A stretch of 64,000 nucleotides of DNA from Flavobacteriia bacterium (GTDB lineage Bacteria; Bacteroidota; Bacteroidia; Flavobacteriales_D; Crocinitomicaceae): positions 1,223 to 65,222 of the forward strand of contig CANHVK010000003.1 of NCBI GenBank assembly GCA_947464135.1. Direction: 5' to 3'. The position numbers were made by a program, and so were the translations under genes. Below are positions 36,407-45,293 of this stretch, one piece after another. The first letter of the stretch is position 1; each line of letters begins with the position of its first letter. The notes under the pieces are model-generated. The model made no database searches. It was not told the origin of the DNA and saw only the letters and a list, made by a program, of their open reading frames with translations.

Positions 36407-36778
36407 CTAAAAATCAAGAAAATCATCCAACATACGGCGGTCTTTTTTCGAAGGACGTCCTGTTCCCATATCGCGATACACCCGTTGTGCTTCTTGATAA
36501 GATTTAAATTTTTCAACTTCTTCTATTGGTGTAATGTCTTCAATATAAATCGATACCAATTTTGGTCCAACACGTTTTTCCAACAATTCAAGTACTTTAT
36601 ATGAAAATACCGCACTATTTTTGTGAATGTTAATTGTATCTCCCATCTTAATATCACGCGATGGTTTTACATCCATTTCATTGATTTTTATTTTTCCTTT
36701 TGAAATCAATTCAGAAGCTTGCGAACGTGTTTTAGTTAAACGTACCGCCCAAACATATTTATCAATTCGAAGTGCCAT
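36407..36778 (-). CDS. hslR: S4-domain RNA-binding protein, Hsp15-like
   Basis: RIDKYVWAVRLTKTRSQASELISKGKIKIN S4 motif and a basic tail GRPSKKDRRMLDDF, as in Hsp15. Confidence 0.7.
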   Translation of the reverse strand: MALRIDKYVWAVRLTKTRSQASELISKGKIKINEMDVKPSRDIKMGDTINIHKNSAVFSYKVLELLEKRVGPKLVSIYIEDITPIEEVEKFKSYQEAQRVYRDMGTGRPSKKDRRMLDDFLDF

Positions 36779-36796
36779 ATAGAATACTTAATTTAC

Positions 36797-36804
36797 CAAA
36801 AATA
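36797..36804 (-). promoter_or_regulatory. candidate -7 box TATTTTTG for the S4-domain gene
   Basis: Plus strand CAAAAATA, 19 nt from ATG 36778. Confidence 0.45.
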
Positions 36805-36832
36805 AAAAACCTCAACCAAAACTGATTGAGGT
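36798..36832 (-). terminator. rho-independent terminator after the desaturase gene
   Basis: On the minus strand: ACCTCAA-TCAGTTTTGG-TTGAGGT followed by TTTTTATTTTT. Confidence 0.7.
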
Positions 36833-36855
36833 AAATTCTAAAAATGAATTTCTTT

Positions 36856-37962
36856 TTAGTGAATTGCTGGAGCAAAATCTTTTGTCCCCAAATCCTTCAA
36901 CATTTTAGTGTGCTCTTTAATTGCACCAAAAAACGTTTTGTAAGAATAGTATGGTAAGTTATACTCGTGAGCAGTTTGTTTAACGATTTCAGATAATTTC
37001 TTATAATGAACGTGGCTTATTGTCGGAAATAAATGGTGTTCAACCTGAAAATTTAAACCTCCAACATACCAAGAAAATAAAGCAGCTTTAGGAGCAAAGT
37101 TTGCAGTATTGTACAATTGATTTACAGCCCAATCAGCTTCAACTACACCCGAATCATTTGGTACTGGATAAGTAGACGTTGGTACCACGTGAGCAGGCTG
37201 AAAAATAGCAGCTAAAATTAATCCAGCAATAAAATGCATCACAAAGAAACCAATTAACGTTCCATACCAAGGTAACGCTGAAAACATAAATGGTAACCCA
37301 AGAATGATTGGGAAATACAACACTTTTGTAATAATAATGTTAGTCAACAATTTACCGTAAGTTGTATTTTGTGTTTTCAATAAATCATCACGTTGGAACT
37401 CTTTCGCTTGAATAAAATCTTTCGCCGTACACCAAGACAATGTCATCAATCCATAGAAAAACCAAGCATACATATGTTGAAAACGGTGAAATTTAAATCT
37501 TTTCGCGTGTGGTGTAAAACGCATAAGTGGTCCTGGATCAATGTCTTTATCCATTCCTGTAACGTTTGTATAGGTGTGGTGTAAAACATTGTGTTGAATT
37601 CTCCAGTTAACGTCTGAACCACCCACTCCATTAATTACATACCCCAACCATCTGTTTACCCCATCATTTTTTGAATAGGCACCGTGGTTTGCGTCGTGCA
37701 TAATAGATAGTCCAATTCCTGCCATACCTAATCCCATAAGTATCCACATTAGATACGATAAAAGGGTTGAAGTAATAACAGTATTTAATAAAATAAAAGG
37801 AACTAGATACAAGGAAATCATAAAAACAGTTTTGAAAACCATTCCTGCATTTCCAAACTTTGTAATATTATTCTCTTTAAAGTATTCCCTTACTCTTTTT
37901 TGTAATGTTTTATAAAAATCTGCATTGTGATTTTTAGAAAAAGTTACGTTGGGATTGCTCAT
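36856..37962 (-). CDS. membrane fatty-acid desaturase (three His-box type)
   Basis: His boxes HDANHG, HNVLHH and QVEHHLFP. ATG 37962 lies 19 nt downstream of a -7 box (the track start at 38007 is TTG). Confidence 0.85.
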   Translation of the reverse strand: MSNPNVTFSKNHNADFYKTLQKRVREYFKENNITKFGNAGMVFKTVFMISLYLVPFILLNTVITSTLLSYLMWILMGLGMAGIGLSIMHDANHGAYSKNDGVNRWLGYVINGVGGSDVNWRIQHNVLHHTYTNVTGMDKDIDPGPLMRFTPHAKRFKFHRFQHMYAWFFYGLMTLSWCTAKDFIQAKEFQRDDLLKTQNTTYGKLLTNIIITKVLYFPIILGLPFMFSALPWYGTLIGFFVMHFIAGLILAAIFQPAHVVPTSTYPVPNDSGVVEADWAVNQLYNTANFAPKAALFSWYVGGLNFQVEHHLFPTISHVHYKKLSEIVKQTAHEYNLPYYSYKTFFGAIKEHTKMLKDLGTKDFAPAIH

Positions 37963-37980
37963 ATAAAAATTTTTAGTATA

Positions 37981-37988
37981 CAAAGGTA
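37981..37988 (-). promoter_or_regulatory. candidate -7 box TACCTTTG for the desaturase gene
   Basis: Plus strand CAAAGGTA, 19 nt from ATG 37962. Confidence 0.5.
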
Positions 37989-38197
37989 CACCATTTTTGT
38001 CCTTCAACCACTAAATAATTAATAAGGAATTATAAACTTAACTTAAAATACCACATTTAAGGTATTAATATTATCAATTATTCTAGCATTTTAAAAAACT
38101 ATATATTGATTTACAATTAATTATTGTTGTGCATTTATTCCGAAAAAACTTTATCACCATCAAAATGTTAAGATTTAATATCTTACTTTTTATTAAT

Positions 38198-38205
38198 TAA
38201 TTTTG
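38198..38205 (+). promoter_or_regulatory. candidate -7 box TAATTTTG for ispG
   Basis: Exact TAnnTTTG match 22 nt upstream of ATG 38227. It overlaps the ORF-track TTG start at 38203. Confidence 0.5.
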
Positions 38206-38226
38206 TTCTTTCAAATCAAATTAAAT

Positions 38227-40137
38227 ATGTCAAATTCTAACTATTGCGTTAACTATTTTAAAAAACAACGTTTTGTAACTTCTGAAGTTACCATAGGTAC
38301 GGTTAAAGTAGGGGGTGGAAATCCAATTTTACCTCAATCGATGACGACTACGGATACCATGGACACAGAAAGTTCTGTTGCACAAGCGAAACGTATGATT
38401 GATGCAGGTTGTGAATTAGTTAGATTGACTGCTCCTTCTAAAAAAGAAGCTGAAAATTTAGGTGAAATCAAACGCATCTTAAATCAAGATGGGTATCACA
38501 AACCGTTAGTAGCGGATATTCATTTCACTCCAAATGCTGCTGAAATTGCTGCAAAATTGATTGAAAAAGTGCGAGTAAATCCAGGAAATTACGCAGACAA
38601 AAAGAAATTTGAAGAAATAGAATTTACAGATAATAGTTACCAAGATGAATTAAAACGCATCGAAGAAAAATTCACTCCACTTGTTCATATATGTAAGGAA
38701 CACGGAACTGCAATGCGTATTGGTACCAACCACGGATCACTATCTGATAGAATTTTAAGTCGTTTCGGTGATACCCCTGAAGGAATGGTAGAATCTGCGA
38801 TGGAATTCTTACGTATTTGCAAAAAAAATGACTACCACCAATTGATCATTTCTATGAAAGCAAGTAACACATTGGTAATGGTTCAAGCTTACCGATTGTT
38901 GGTGAAAACCATGCAAGAAGAAGGAATGAATTACCCGCTACACTTAGGAGTAACAGAAGCAGGAGATGGAGAAGATGGACGTATCAAATCAGCTGTAGGA
39001 ATTGGTGCTTTGTTAGAAGATGGATTAGGAGATACGCTACGAGTTTCTCTTACAGAAGATCCTGAATTTGAAATTCCAGTTGCTCAAAAATTGATCGCAA
39101 AATCAAATTTAGCTAATCTATTAGAAATAGATACGAACGAAGAATTGACTTATAATCCTTTTCAATACAATAGAAGAAAAACGCACGAAATTGGAAATAT
39201 TGGAGAAAAACATACTCCGATTGTATTTGCTGATTTAAGTTCAAAAACTGAAATCAAACCTGCAAATTTCTTTGGTTTTGGGTATAATTATTCGGTTGAA
39301 TTAGATAAGTGGAATTTACAAGATTTAGCAGCCGATTATGTTTTCATTGGAAAAAATACTATTTCTTTCGAACTACCAGGAATGTTATCTGTAGTTCAAG
39401 AATACAAAACTTGGTTACAAGATGGTCAGTATAAAAAACAACACTATCCTATTTTAACTATTGATCAAGCTAAAGATAATGCGCCATCGTCTGAATTCTT
39501 TTTACTTATAGAAGATTTAAATCTACCTATTGAATTCATAAAAAACAATCCAAAAGCTATTTTAGTTTTAACTACAAAATACGATAATAAAACACAAGTA
39601 TTTAGAAAAAACAGAATTGCATTAGATAAAGCTAATTTAACTAATCCTGTCGTTTTTAAATATGATTACAAAATTACTGATCAAGAACAATTTCAATTAT
39701 TCAGTTCAAGTGACAGTGGAAACCAATTTATTGATGGATATGGTGACGGAATTTGGATTACAGGACCTCAATCGATTGTGTTTTTGAATTCACTTTCGTT
39801 TGGAATTTTACAAGCCACTCGTACACGTATTTCCAAAACAGAATACATATCTTGTCCTTCTTGTGGTCGTACTCTTTTCGATTTACAAGAAACAACGGCT
39901 AAAATCAGAAGCAAAACTTCCCACTTGAAAGGTATCAAAATTGGTATTATGGGTTGTATCGTTAATGGTCCAGGTGAAATGGCAGACGCAGATTATGGAT
40001 ACGTTGGAACAGGACCAGGAAAAATCCATTTATACAAAGAAAAAGATGTTGTTCGTAAAAACGTCAACGAAGAAGAAGCGGTAGATGCCTTAATCGAGTT
40101 AATAAAAGAAAACGGAGATTGGGTTGAACCTAAATAA
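38227..40137 (+). CDS. ispG: 4-hydroxy-3-methylbut-2-enyl diphosphate synthase, long form with inserted domain
   Basis: TIM-barrel N-domain. C-terminal 4Fe-4S motifs CPSCGRT and GCIVNGPGE. About 640 aa, as in the Bacteroidota/Chlamydia/plant type. Confidence 0.95.
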   Translation: MSNSNYCVNYFKKQRFVTSEVTIGTVKVGGGNPILPQSMTTTDTMDTESSVAQAKRMIDAGCELVRLTAPSKKEAENLGEIKRILNQDGYHKPLVADIHFTPNAAEIAAKLIEKVRVNPGNYADKKKFEEIEFTDNSYQDELKRIEEKFTPLVHICKEHGTAMRIGTNHGSLSDRILSRFGDTPEGMVESAMEFLRICKKNDYHQLIISMKASNTLVMVQAYRLLVKTMQEEGMNYPLHLGVTEAGDGEDGRIKSAVGIGALLEDGLGDTLRVSLTEDPEFEIPVAQKLIAKSNLANLLEIDTNEELTYNPFQYNRRKTHEIGNIGEKHTPIVFADLSSKTEIKPANFFGFGYNYSVELDKWNLQDLAADYVFIGKNTISFELPGMLSVVQEYKTWLQDGQYKKQHYPILTIDQAKDNAPSSEFFLLIEDLNLPIEFIKNNPKAILVLTTKYDNKTQVFRKNRIALDKANLTNPVVFKYDYKITDQEQFQLFSSSDSGNQFIDGYGDGIWITGPQSIVFLNSLSFGILQATRTRISKTEYISCPSCGRTLFDLQETTAKIRSKTSHLKGIKIGIMGCIVNGPGEMADADYGYVGTGPGKIHLYKEKDVVRKNVNEEEAVDALIELIKENGDWVEPK

Positions 40138-40153
40138 TCTTGATTCTTTTTCA

Positions 40154-41386
40154 ATGAAAGAGTTTATATCGATTTCCGTTTTTTCAATTGCATTTACTTT
40201 TATTATTCTTGTAAATCATATTTTACCTATTAATAATAGTTTTATCAATTTTAAAAGTGACGAAATAAATATTGAACACAAAATCATTTCAAATGAAAAT
40301 TTAGCTTCCATCATTGATTATCACAAAACAAATATTGCATTTGCAAAGAGACCAGCTACCACGTTTTTAATTGAAACATTATCCAATATTTGCTCCATTT
40401 CCAAAGGATTATCTTTTGTTTTAGTAAACTTTTTTTTATTCTTTTTGTGTGGTTTACTGTTGTATTATTTAACTCAATTAGTGGTTAAGGAGAAAATCTA
40501 TAGTTATACAACGGTTGGATTGTTTTACTTAAGTTTTTCTGTGTTTTTTGCTTTCTTTGACTCTATTCACACCTACGATGAACCATTACAGTATTTTTTA
40601 ATTTTATGTAGTCTAATAGCGTTTATTAAACAAAAAAAACTCTATTTCATCACAATATTTACATTAAGTTTAATCGCTCGTGAGTCAGGCTTATTACTGA
40701 TTCCAGCGCTGCTTATACTAACAAATAAAAAAGACACAGCATATTTATCAAAACAAAACATAAAAAGCAGCATTTATCTTTTTATTCCTTTATTAATATA
40801 CATTTGTTTTATAGCTTTTTACACAAATAAACATCAAATATCAGAAGCATCTCAATCTGATTTTTTAAATAGATTGGATCATTTTAATTATAATTTTCAA
40901 AATCTAAATTTTGCCTTAGAATCCTTTACTTCATTATTTGTCGCAATAGGATTTCAAACTTATATAGTTATTATCTACTGCATAAAAAATAGAGTTAACA
41001 GATTAGAAACCAAAATGATAAAGGCATTTTTAATTACTTTATTTTTGAATACCCTTATCGTTCTAATAGCAACAAAAGCACGTGAAACTAGATTATTCAC
41101 CCTTCCGCTTTTTTTAATATGGCCAATACTTGGAAAGTTTTTAATAATTGAAATAAAGCATTTTATTGAAAACAATAGAATTACATTATTAATTAAAAAT
41201 GAATGGTTTATTTTGACTTTTTCTTTAATCGTTTTATTGGAAGTATTATTCTACAAGTTTATTTATGTATCAACTGTAAATGCAAAAGGTGGGAGTTTTC
41301 AAGATGAATATTTCTTAATTATTTGTTTATTAATTTCCTTTCACTTTCTAATCAATTTATTTAGTATTTTAAAAATGAAAAGATAA
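40154..41386 (+). CDS. polytopic membrane protein, unknown function
   Basis: At least 10 hydrophobic segments and very AT-rich. Either TTG 40124 (overlapping the ispG end) or ATG 40154 is a possible start. Confidence 0.55.
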   Translation: MKEFISISVFSIAFTFIILVNHILPINNSFINFKSDEINIEHKIISNENLASIIDYHKTNIAFAKRPATTFLIETLSNICSISKGLSFVLVNFFLFFLCGLLLYYLTQLVVKEKIYSYTTVGLFYLSFSVFFAFFDSIHTYDEPLQYFLILCSLIAFIKQKKLYFITIFTLSLIARESGLLLIPALLILTNKKDTAYLSKQNIKSSIYLFIPLLIYICFIAFYTNKHQISEASQSDFLNRLDHFNYNFQNLNFALESFTSLFVAIGFQTYIVIIYCIKNRVNRLETKMIKAFLITLFLNTLIVLIATKARETRLFTLPLFLIWPILGKFLIIEIKHFIENNRITLLIKNEWFILTFSLIVLLEVLFYKFIYVSTVNAKGGSFQDEYFLIICLLISFHFLINLFSILKMKR

Positions 41387-41587
41387 TCATCTTCAATTGT
41401 TTTTATCAACGTATTAAAAAAGGTTTCTGTTTAACATAATATTAAATTCAATTTCAAGAAATTTAATCAACTATCGTAAGATACCACATTGAAAATAAAG
41501 AACACTAATAATCAGTTGATTAAACAAAAGTTAGTTTCGAGAGCCTAAACCAACAGAATAATAAGGTCTCAACTAAAAATAAAAATG

Positions 41588-41618
41588 GTGGCTGAAGTTC
41601 TCGAAGCCACTATTTTTT
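41588..41618. terminator. candidate bidirectional terminator between convergent genes
   Basis: GTGGCT-N11-AGCCAC, flanked by AAAAAT on the left and TATTTTTT on the right. Confidence 0.35.
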
Positions 41619-42491
41619 CACAAACACATATATCTGGGAGCTATATCCACCCTTCATTGATTTAGCATTGGAAATAAACCCATTCAGAATTCCTTTCAAC
41701 ATAGATCCTCCTTTATACTTTTCCGAAAGCATACTCACATAATACGAGTCAAACTTCATTGGCAAGGTGTCACGATGAACTAAACCAAACGTTTCAATTA
41801 ATTTTTTAATTGTATTTTCTTGAAAGTGGTATAAGTGTCGTGGAACATCATAAGCGGCCCAATATTCTTTATAATGTTGTGAATCCCACGAATTCATATT
41901 TGGAACAGCAATGATAAATACACCGCCTGATTTAATCGTACGAACGATTTCTGCGACATCTCTTTGTAGATGATATACGTGCTCCATCACGTGCCACATT
42001 GCCACAACATCTTTTGATTCTGAAGGAACTGAAATTAACTCTTCTAAAGGTTTTAGATGAATAGAGAAGTTATTTTTAGCAAATAATTGAGCATCGTAAT
42101 CAGGTTCAAAACCTTCTACATTATATCCATTTAATTTCGCTGTATTCAAGAAATGTCCTGTTCCGGAACCAACTTCCATCAATTCTTTTCCTTTGGTATA
42201 TTTCCTTAATAAAGCAACTTTTTTGATTAAGGTATAGTTACGAACGATGTTATAAATCGAATTAATCAAGCCTTTTTTAGAAGAAGAATGCGAAATATAC
42301 TCATCACTTTTATAGTAATTTCCAATCACCTCTTCCTTTGGAATTGGATTTGTAAAATGAAAATCACAATTAGTACATTTGACAATTGTGAACTCTTCTT
42401 TGGTAATCATCCAATCCTTTAACGTAAGATGATGCGTTGTCTCTGTATGATTACATACAGGACAATTTGAAATGTGATTTAAATGTTCCAC
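41610..42491 (-). CDS. class I SAM-dependent methyltransferase with N-terminal zinc-ribbon (GTG start)
   Basis: CPVCNH...CTNCDF Cys pairs and SAM motif I EVGSGTGHF. Confidence 0.8.
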   Translation of the reverse strand: MEHLNHISNCPVCNHTETTHHLTLKDWMITKEEFTIVKCTNCDFHFTNPIPKEEVIGNYYKSDEYISHSSSKKGLINSIYNIVRNYTLIKKVALLRKYTKGKELMEVGSGTGHFLNTAKLNGYNVEGFEPDYDAQLFAKNNFSIHLKPLEELISVPSESKDVVAMWHVMEHVYHLQRDVAEIVRTIKSGGVFIIAVPNMNSWDSQHYKEYWAAYDVPRHLYHFQENTIKKLIETFGLVHRDTLPMKFDSYYVSMLSEKYKGGSMLKGILNGFISNAKSMKGGYSSQIYVFVKK

Positions 42492-42500
42492 GTGAAACTA
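42483..42500. promoter_or_regulatory. copy 3 of the ATGTT(T/C)CACGTGAAAC palindrome
   Basis: ATGTTCCACGTGAAACTA spans the mnmG stop codon and the methyltransferase GTG start. Confidence 0.5.
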
Positions 42501-44372
42501 TCTTCCTAAATAAATTAATAAAACGGATACATCGCTAGGTGAAATACCACTAATTCTTGAAGCATGACCAATAGTAACAGGACGAATGGCATTCAATTTT
42601 TCTCTTGCTTCTAAAGAAATACTCTTTAATTGGGTATAATCCATATCATCCGGAATCTTTAAATCATCCAAACGATGCATTTTTAACGCCATTTCTTCTT
42701 CTCGCTGAATATATCCTTCATACTTCAATTGAATCTCCGTTTGCTGTACAATATCATTATGTTCTTCATTAAAAGAGAAAACCTTCTCAGCTAAAAGCTC
42801 ATCCATCTTAACCAAATGATCAATGTTAACATTTGGACGCGTAATAATAGAAGTAAATTTCACCTGTTGAGAAATAGGAGCACTCCCTATTTCCTCTAAT
42901 ACAGGATTTGCAAATTGTGGCTTAACTCCTGTTTCAGCTAAATGTTTTTTAAATGAAGATACACCTTGATTTTTCTTATCAACTAAACGCATCATTTCAT
43001 CATCAGCCATTCCAATTTGAAAAGCCAAAGGAGTTAAACGTAAATCAGCATTATCTTGACGAAGTAGAATACGGTATTCAGCACGGCTTGTAAACATCCT
43101 ATAAGGCTCTTTCGTACCTTTAGTAATTAAATCGTCTATTAAAACACCAATATAGGCTTCAGAACGGCTTAAAATAAACGGATCTAATTGTTTTATCTTA
43201 CGATGAGCATTAATTCCAGCCATTAATCCTTGACAAGCCGCTTCTTCGTAACCAGTAGTTCCATTTATTTGACCAGCAAAATATAAATTCTCAACCAATT
43301 TGGTTTCTAACGTATGCTTTAACTGTGTTGGTGGGAAATAATCATATTCGATCGCATAACCAGGACGAAACATCTTAACATTTTCAAATCCAGGAATCGT
43401 TTTCATTGCAGCTAATTGAACTTCTTCAGGCAAAGAAGTACTAAAGCCATTCAAATAGATTTCGACTGTTTTCCAACCTTCAGGTTCTATGAATAACTGA
43501 TGTCTATCACGCTCTGCAAAACGATTGATTTTATCTTCAATACTCGGACAATATCTAGGACCAGTACTTTTAATCGCACCATTAAACATTGGAGAACGAT
43601 CAAAACCTGTTCTTAACATTTCGTGAGTAGCAGTATTGGTATAAGCTATATGACAAGCGTGTTGTTTTGATAATGGTTTTGTTGTATTTGAATAACTGAA
43701 TTTTGATGGAAAAACATCACCATCTTGTAATTCAAATTTAGAGTAATCCAGAGAACGACCATCCAAACGGGGTGGAGTACCAGTTTTCATTCGACCAGCT
43801 TCAAAACCTAGTGCTATTAAATCTTCGGTAATTCCTGTAGCTTGTCTTTCCGCAGCACGTCCTCCTCCAAATTGTTTCTCTCCAATATGAATCAAACCAT
43901 TTAAAAAAGTACCATTGGTCAAAACTACAGCATCTCCATAAATATCAATTCCAAGAGAAGTTTTTATTCCCTTAACGACATTGTTTTCGACAATAATGCC
44001 GTTACACATATCTTGCCAAAAATCTACATTAGGATTTGCTTCCAAAAACAATCGCCATTCTTCTGCAAACAACATACGGTCGTTTTGAGTACGTGGAGAC
44101 CACATAGCAGGACCCTTCGAAAGATTCAACATTCTAAATTGAATGGCACTTTTATCAGAAACAATTCCACTACCACCACCAAGAGCATCAATTTCGCGAA
44201 CGATTTGACCTTTTGCAACACCACCCATAGCAGGATTACAACTCATTTGAGCAATGGTATTCATATTCATAGTAACCAACAACACAGAACTTCCCAACTT
44301 TGCAGCGGCATTTGCAGCTTCACAACCAGCGTGACCGCCACCTACAACAATAACATCGTACTTTTTAAGCAT
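42498..44372 (-). CDS. mnmG: tRNA uridine 5-carboxymethylaminomethyl modification enzyme MnmG (GidA)
   Basis: [17 protein letters not shown] fold. 624 aa. Conserved throughout. Confidence 0.97.
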   Translation of the reverse strand: MLKKYDVIVVGGGHAGCEAANAAAKLGSSVLLVTMNMNTIAQMSCNPAMGGVAKGQIVREIDALGGGSGIVSDKSAIQFRMLNLSKGPAMWSPRTQNDRMLFAEEWRLFLEANPNVDFWQDMCNGIIVENNVVKGIKTSLGIDIYGDAVVLTNGTFLNGLIHIGEKQFGGGRAAERQATGITEDLIALGFEAGRMKTGTPPRLDGRSLDYSKFELQDGDVFPSKFSYSNTTKPLSKQHACHIAYTNTATHEMLRTGFDRSPMFNGAIKSTGPRYCPSIEDKINRFAERDRHQLFIEPEGWKTVEIYLNGFSTSLPEEVQLAAMKTIPGFENVKMFRPGYAIEYDYFPPTQLKHTLETKLVENLYFAGQINGTTGYEEAACQGLMAGINAHRKIKQLDPFILSRSEAYIGVLIDDLITKGTKEPYRMFTSRAEYRILLRQDNADLRLTPLAFQIGMADDEMMRLVDKKNQGVSSFKKHLAETGVKPQFANPVLEEIGSAPISQQVKFTSIITRPNVNIDHLVKMDELLAEKVFSFNEEHNDIVQQTEIQLKYEGYIQREEEMALKMHRLDDLKIPDDMDYTQLKSISLEAREKLNAIRPVTIGHASRISGISPSDVSVLLIYLGR

Positions 44373-44378
44373 AAGAAA

Positions 44379-44396
44379 TATGTTTCACGTGAAACA
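44379..44396. promoter_or_regulatory. copy 1 of the palindrome, between the mnmG -7 box and the start codon
   Basis: ATGTTTCACGTGAAACA contains the perfect 16-bp palindrome TGTTTCACGTGAAACA. Confidence 0.5.
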
Positions 44397-44402
44397 AAAA
44401 TA
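44395..44402 (-). promoter_or_regulatory. candidate -7 box TATTTTTG for mnmG
   Basis: Plus strand CAAAAATA, 23 nt from ATG 44372. Confidence 0.45.
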
Positions 44403-44426
44403 AAAAGAAGTAAAAGGAAAAGTTGA

Positions 44427-44443
44427 ATGTTTCACGTGAAACT
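44427..44443. promoter_or_regulatory. copy 2 of the palindrome, overlapping the ybeY stop codon
   Basis: ATGTTTCACGTGAAACT. Confidence 0.5.
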
Positions 44444-44851
44444 AATCAACGATAAGGCATCATTCTCCTTGGAACGCATTAGTTTCTCTTCTTCATCACT
44501 TTTATCTTTGTAACCACAAAGGTGTAAAACACCGTGAATGATTACTCGGTGAAGTTCGTGGACAAAAGAAACATTAAAATCAGAAGCGTTTTCACGAACA
44601 CGATCAATACTAATAAATAAATCTCCTGAAACTAGTTGATTTTCAGTGTAATCAAAGGTGATAATATCAGTATAATAGTCGTGATCTAAATGGGTTCGAT
44701 TCATATCTAATAGATATTCATCCGAACAAAATATAAGAGAAATATCTCCAAATTCTTTGGATTCTTTAGAACAAACTTCTGTAATCCAATTAGATAATGA
44801 TTCTTCAGTTAAAGATAAATCTTCAACATCTTCGTAATGAATATCAAGCAT
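44432..44851 (-). CDS. ybeY: rRNA maturation endoribonuclease YbeY
   Basis: HRVIIHGVLHLCGYKD zinc-binding histidine motif. 139 aa. Confidence 0.95.
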   Translation of the reverse strand: MLDIHYEDVEDLSLTEESLSNWITEVCSKESKEFGDISLIFCSDEYLLDMNRTHLDHDYYTDIITFDYTENQLVSGDLFISIDRVRENASDFNVSFVHELHRVIIHGVLHLCGYKDKSDEEEKLMRSKENDALSLISFT

Positions 44852-45266
44852 TGATTTTGTTAAAAAAGATGGTTGCTACTTTACCATTATCAGAAAATTC
44901 AAGATTATCAGCCAAATTCTTAATTAAGAAAATACCTCTACCATTTTCTTTTTCAATATTTTCAGGAGCAGTAGGGTCGGGTAAGTTAGTAAAATCAAAA
45001 CCAGTACCTCCATCAGAAATTCTGAAAGCAAATGCAGTATCATTGTCAATAACATCAACCAATACTTTTAAACTATCAGAAAATTTATTTCCGTGTATGA
45101 TGGCATTATTAACAGCCTCTGTAACAGCAATCAACACATTGCCATACATATCTTCATCAATGTGTAGAGAAGCACAAACTTTATCAATTAGTTGCTCCAC
45201 TAATGTCAATTGCGATAGATCAGAATTTATTGAAAGGTTATCAATTACCGTAATACCAACACTCAT
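44844..45266 (-). CDS. RsbW/SpoIIAB-like HATPase_c_2 protein (anti-sigma regulatory kinase-like)
   Basis: N-box EAVNNAIIHGN, G1 DGGTGFD, G2 GRGIFLI. 140 aa. Overlaps ybeY by 8 nt. Confidence 0.75.
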   Translation of the reverse strand: MSVGITVIDNLSINSDLSQLTLVEQLIDKVCASLHIDEDMYGNVLIAVTEAVNNAIIHGNKFSDSLKVLVDVIDNDTAFAFRISDGGTGFDFTNLPDPTAPENIEKENGRGIFLIKNLADNLEFSDNGKVATIFFNKINA

Positions 45267-45293
45267 TACAAAAAAATTAACGTAAGTTAAATA

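Noticed and set aside
42483-44443. Replication origin near mnmG (gidA), suggested by the repeated palindromes
   Set aside because: I saw no cluster of DnaA-box-like TTATCCACA sequences, no AT-rich unwinding repeats and no dnaA or dnaN nearby. The palindromes sit at gene junctions inside an operon.
44797-45285. 162-aa plus-strand ORF, and the 137-aa ORF at 44013-44426
   Set aside because: They are antisense to the well-supported RsbW-like/ybeY and mnmG genes. They have no recognisable motifs, and long antisense ORFs are expected by chance in AT-rich DNA that avoids stop-complement codons.
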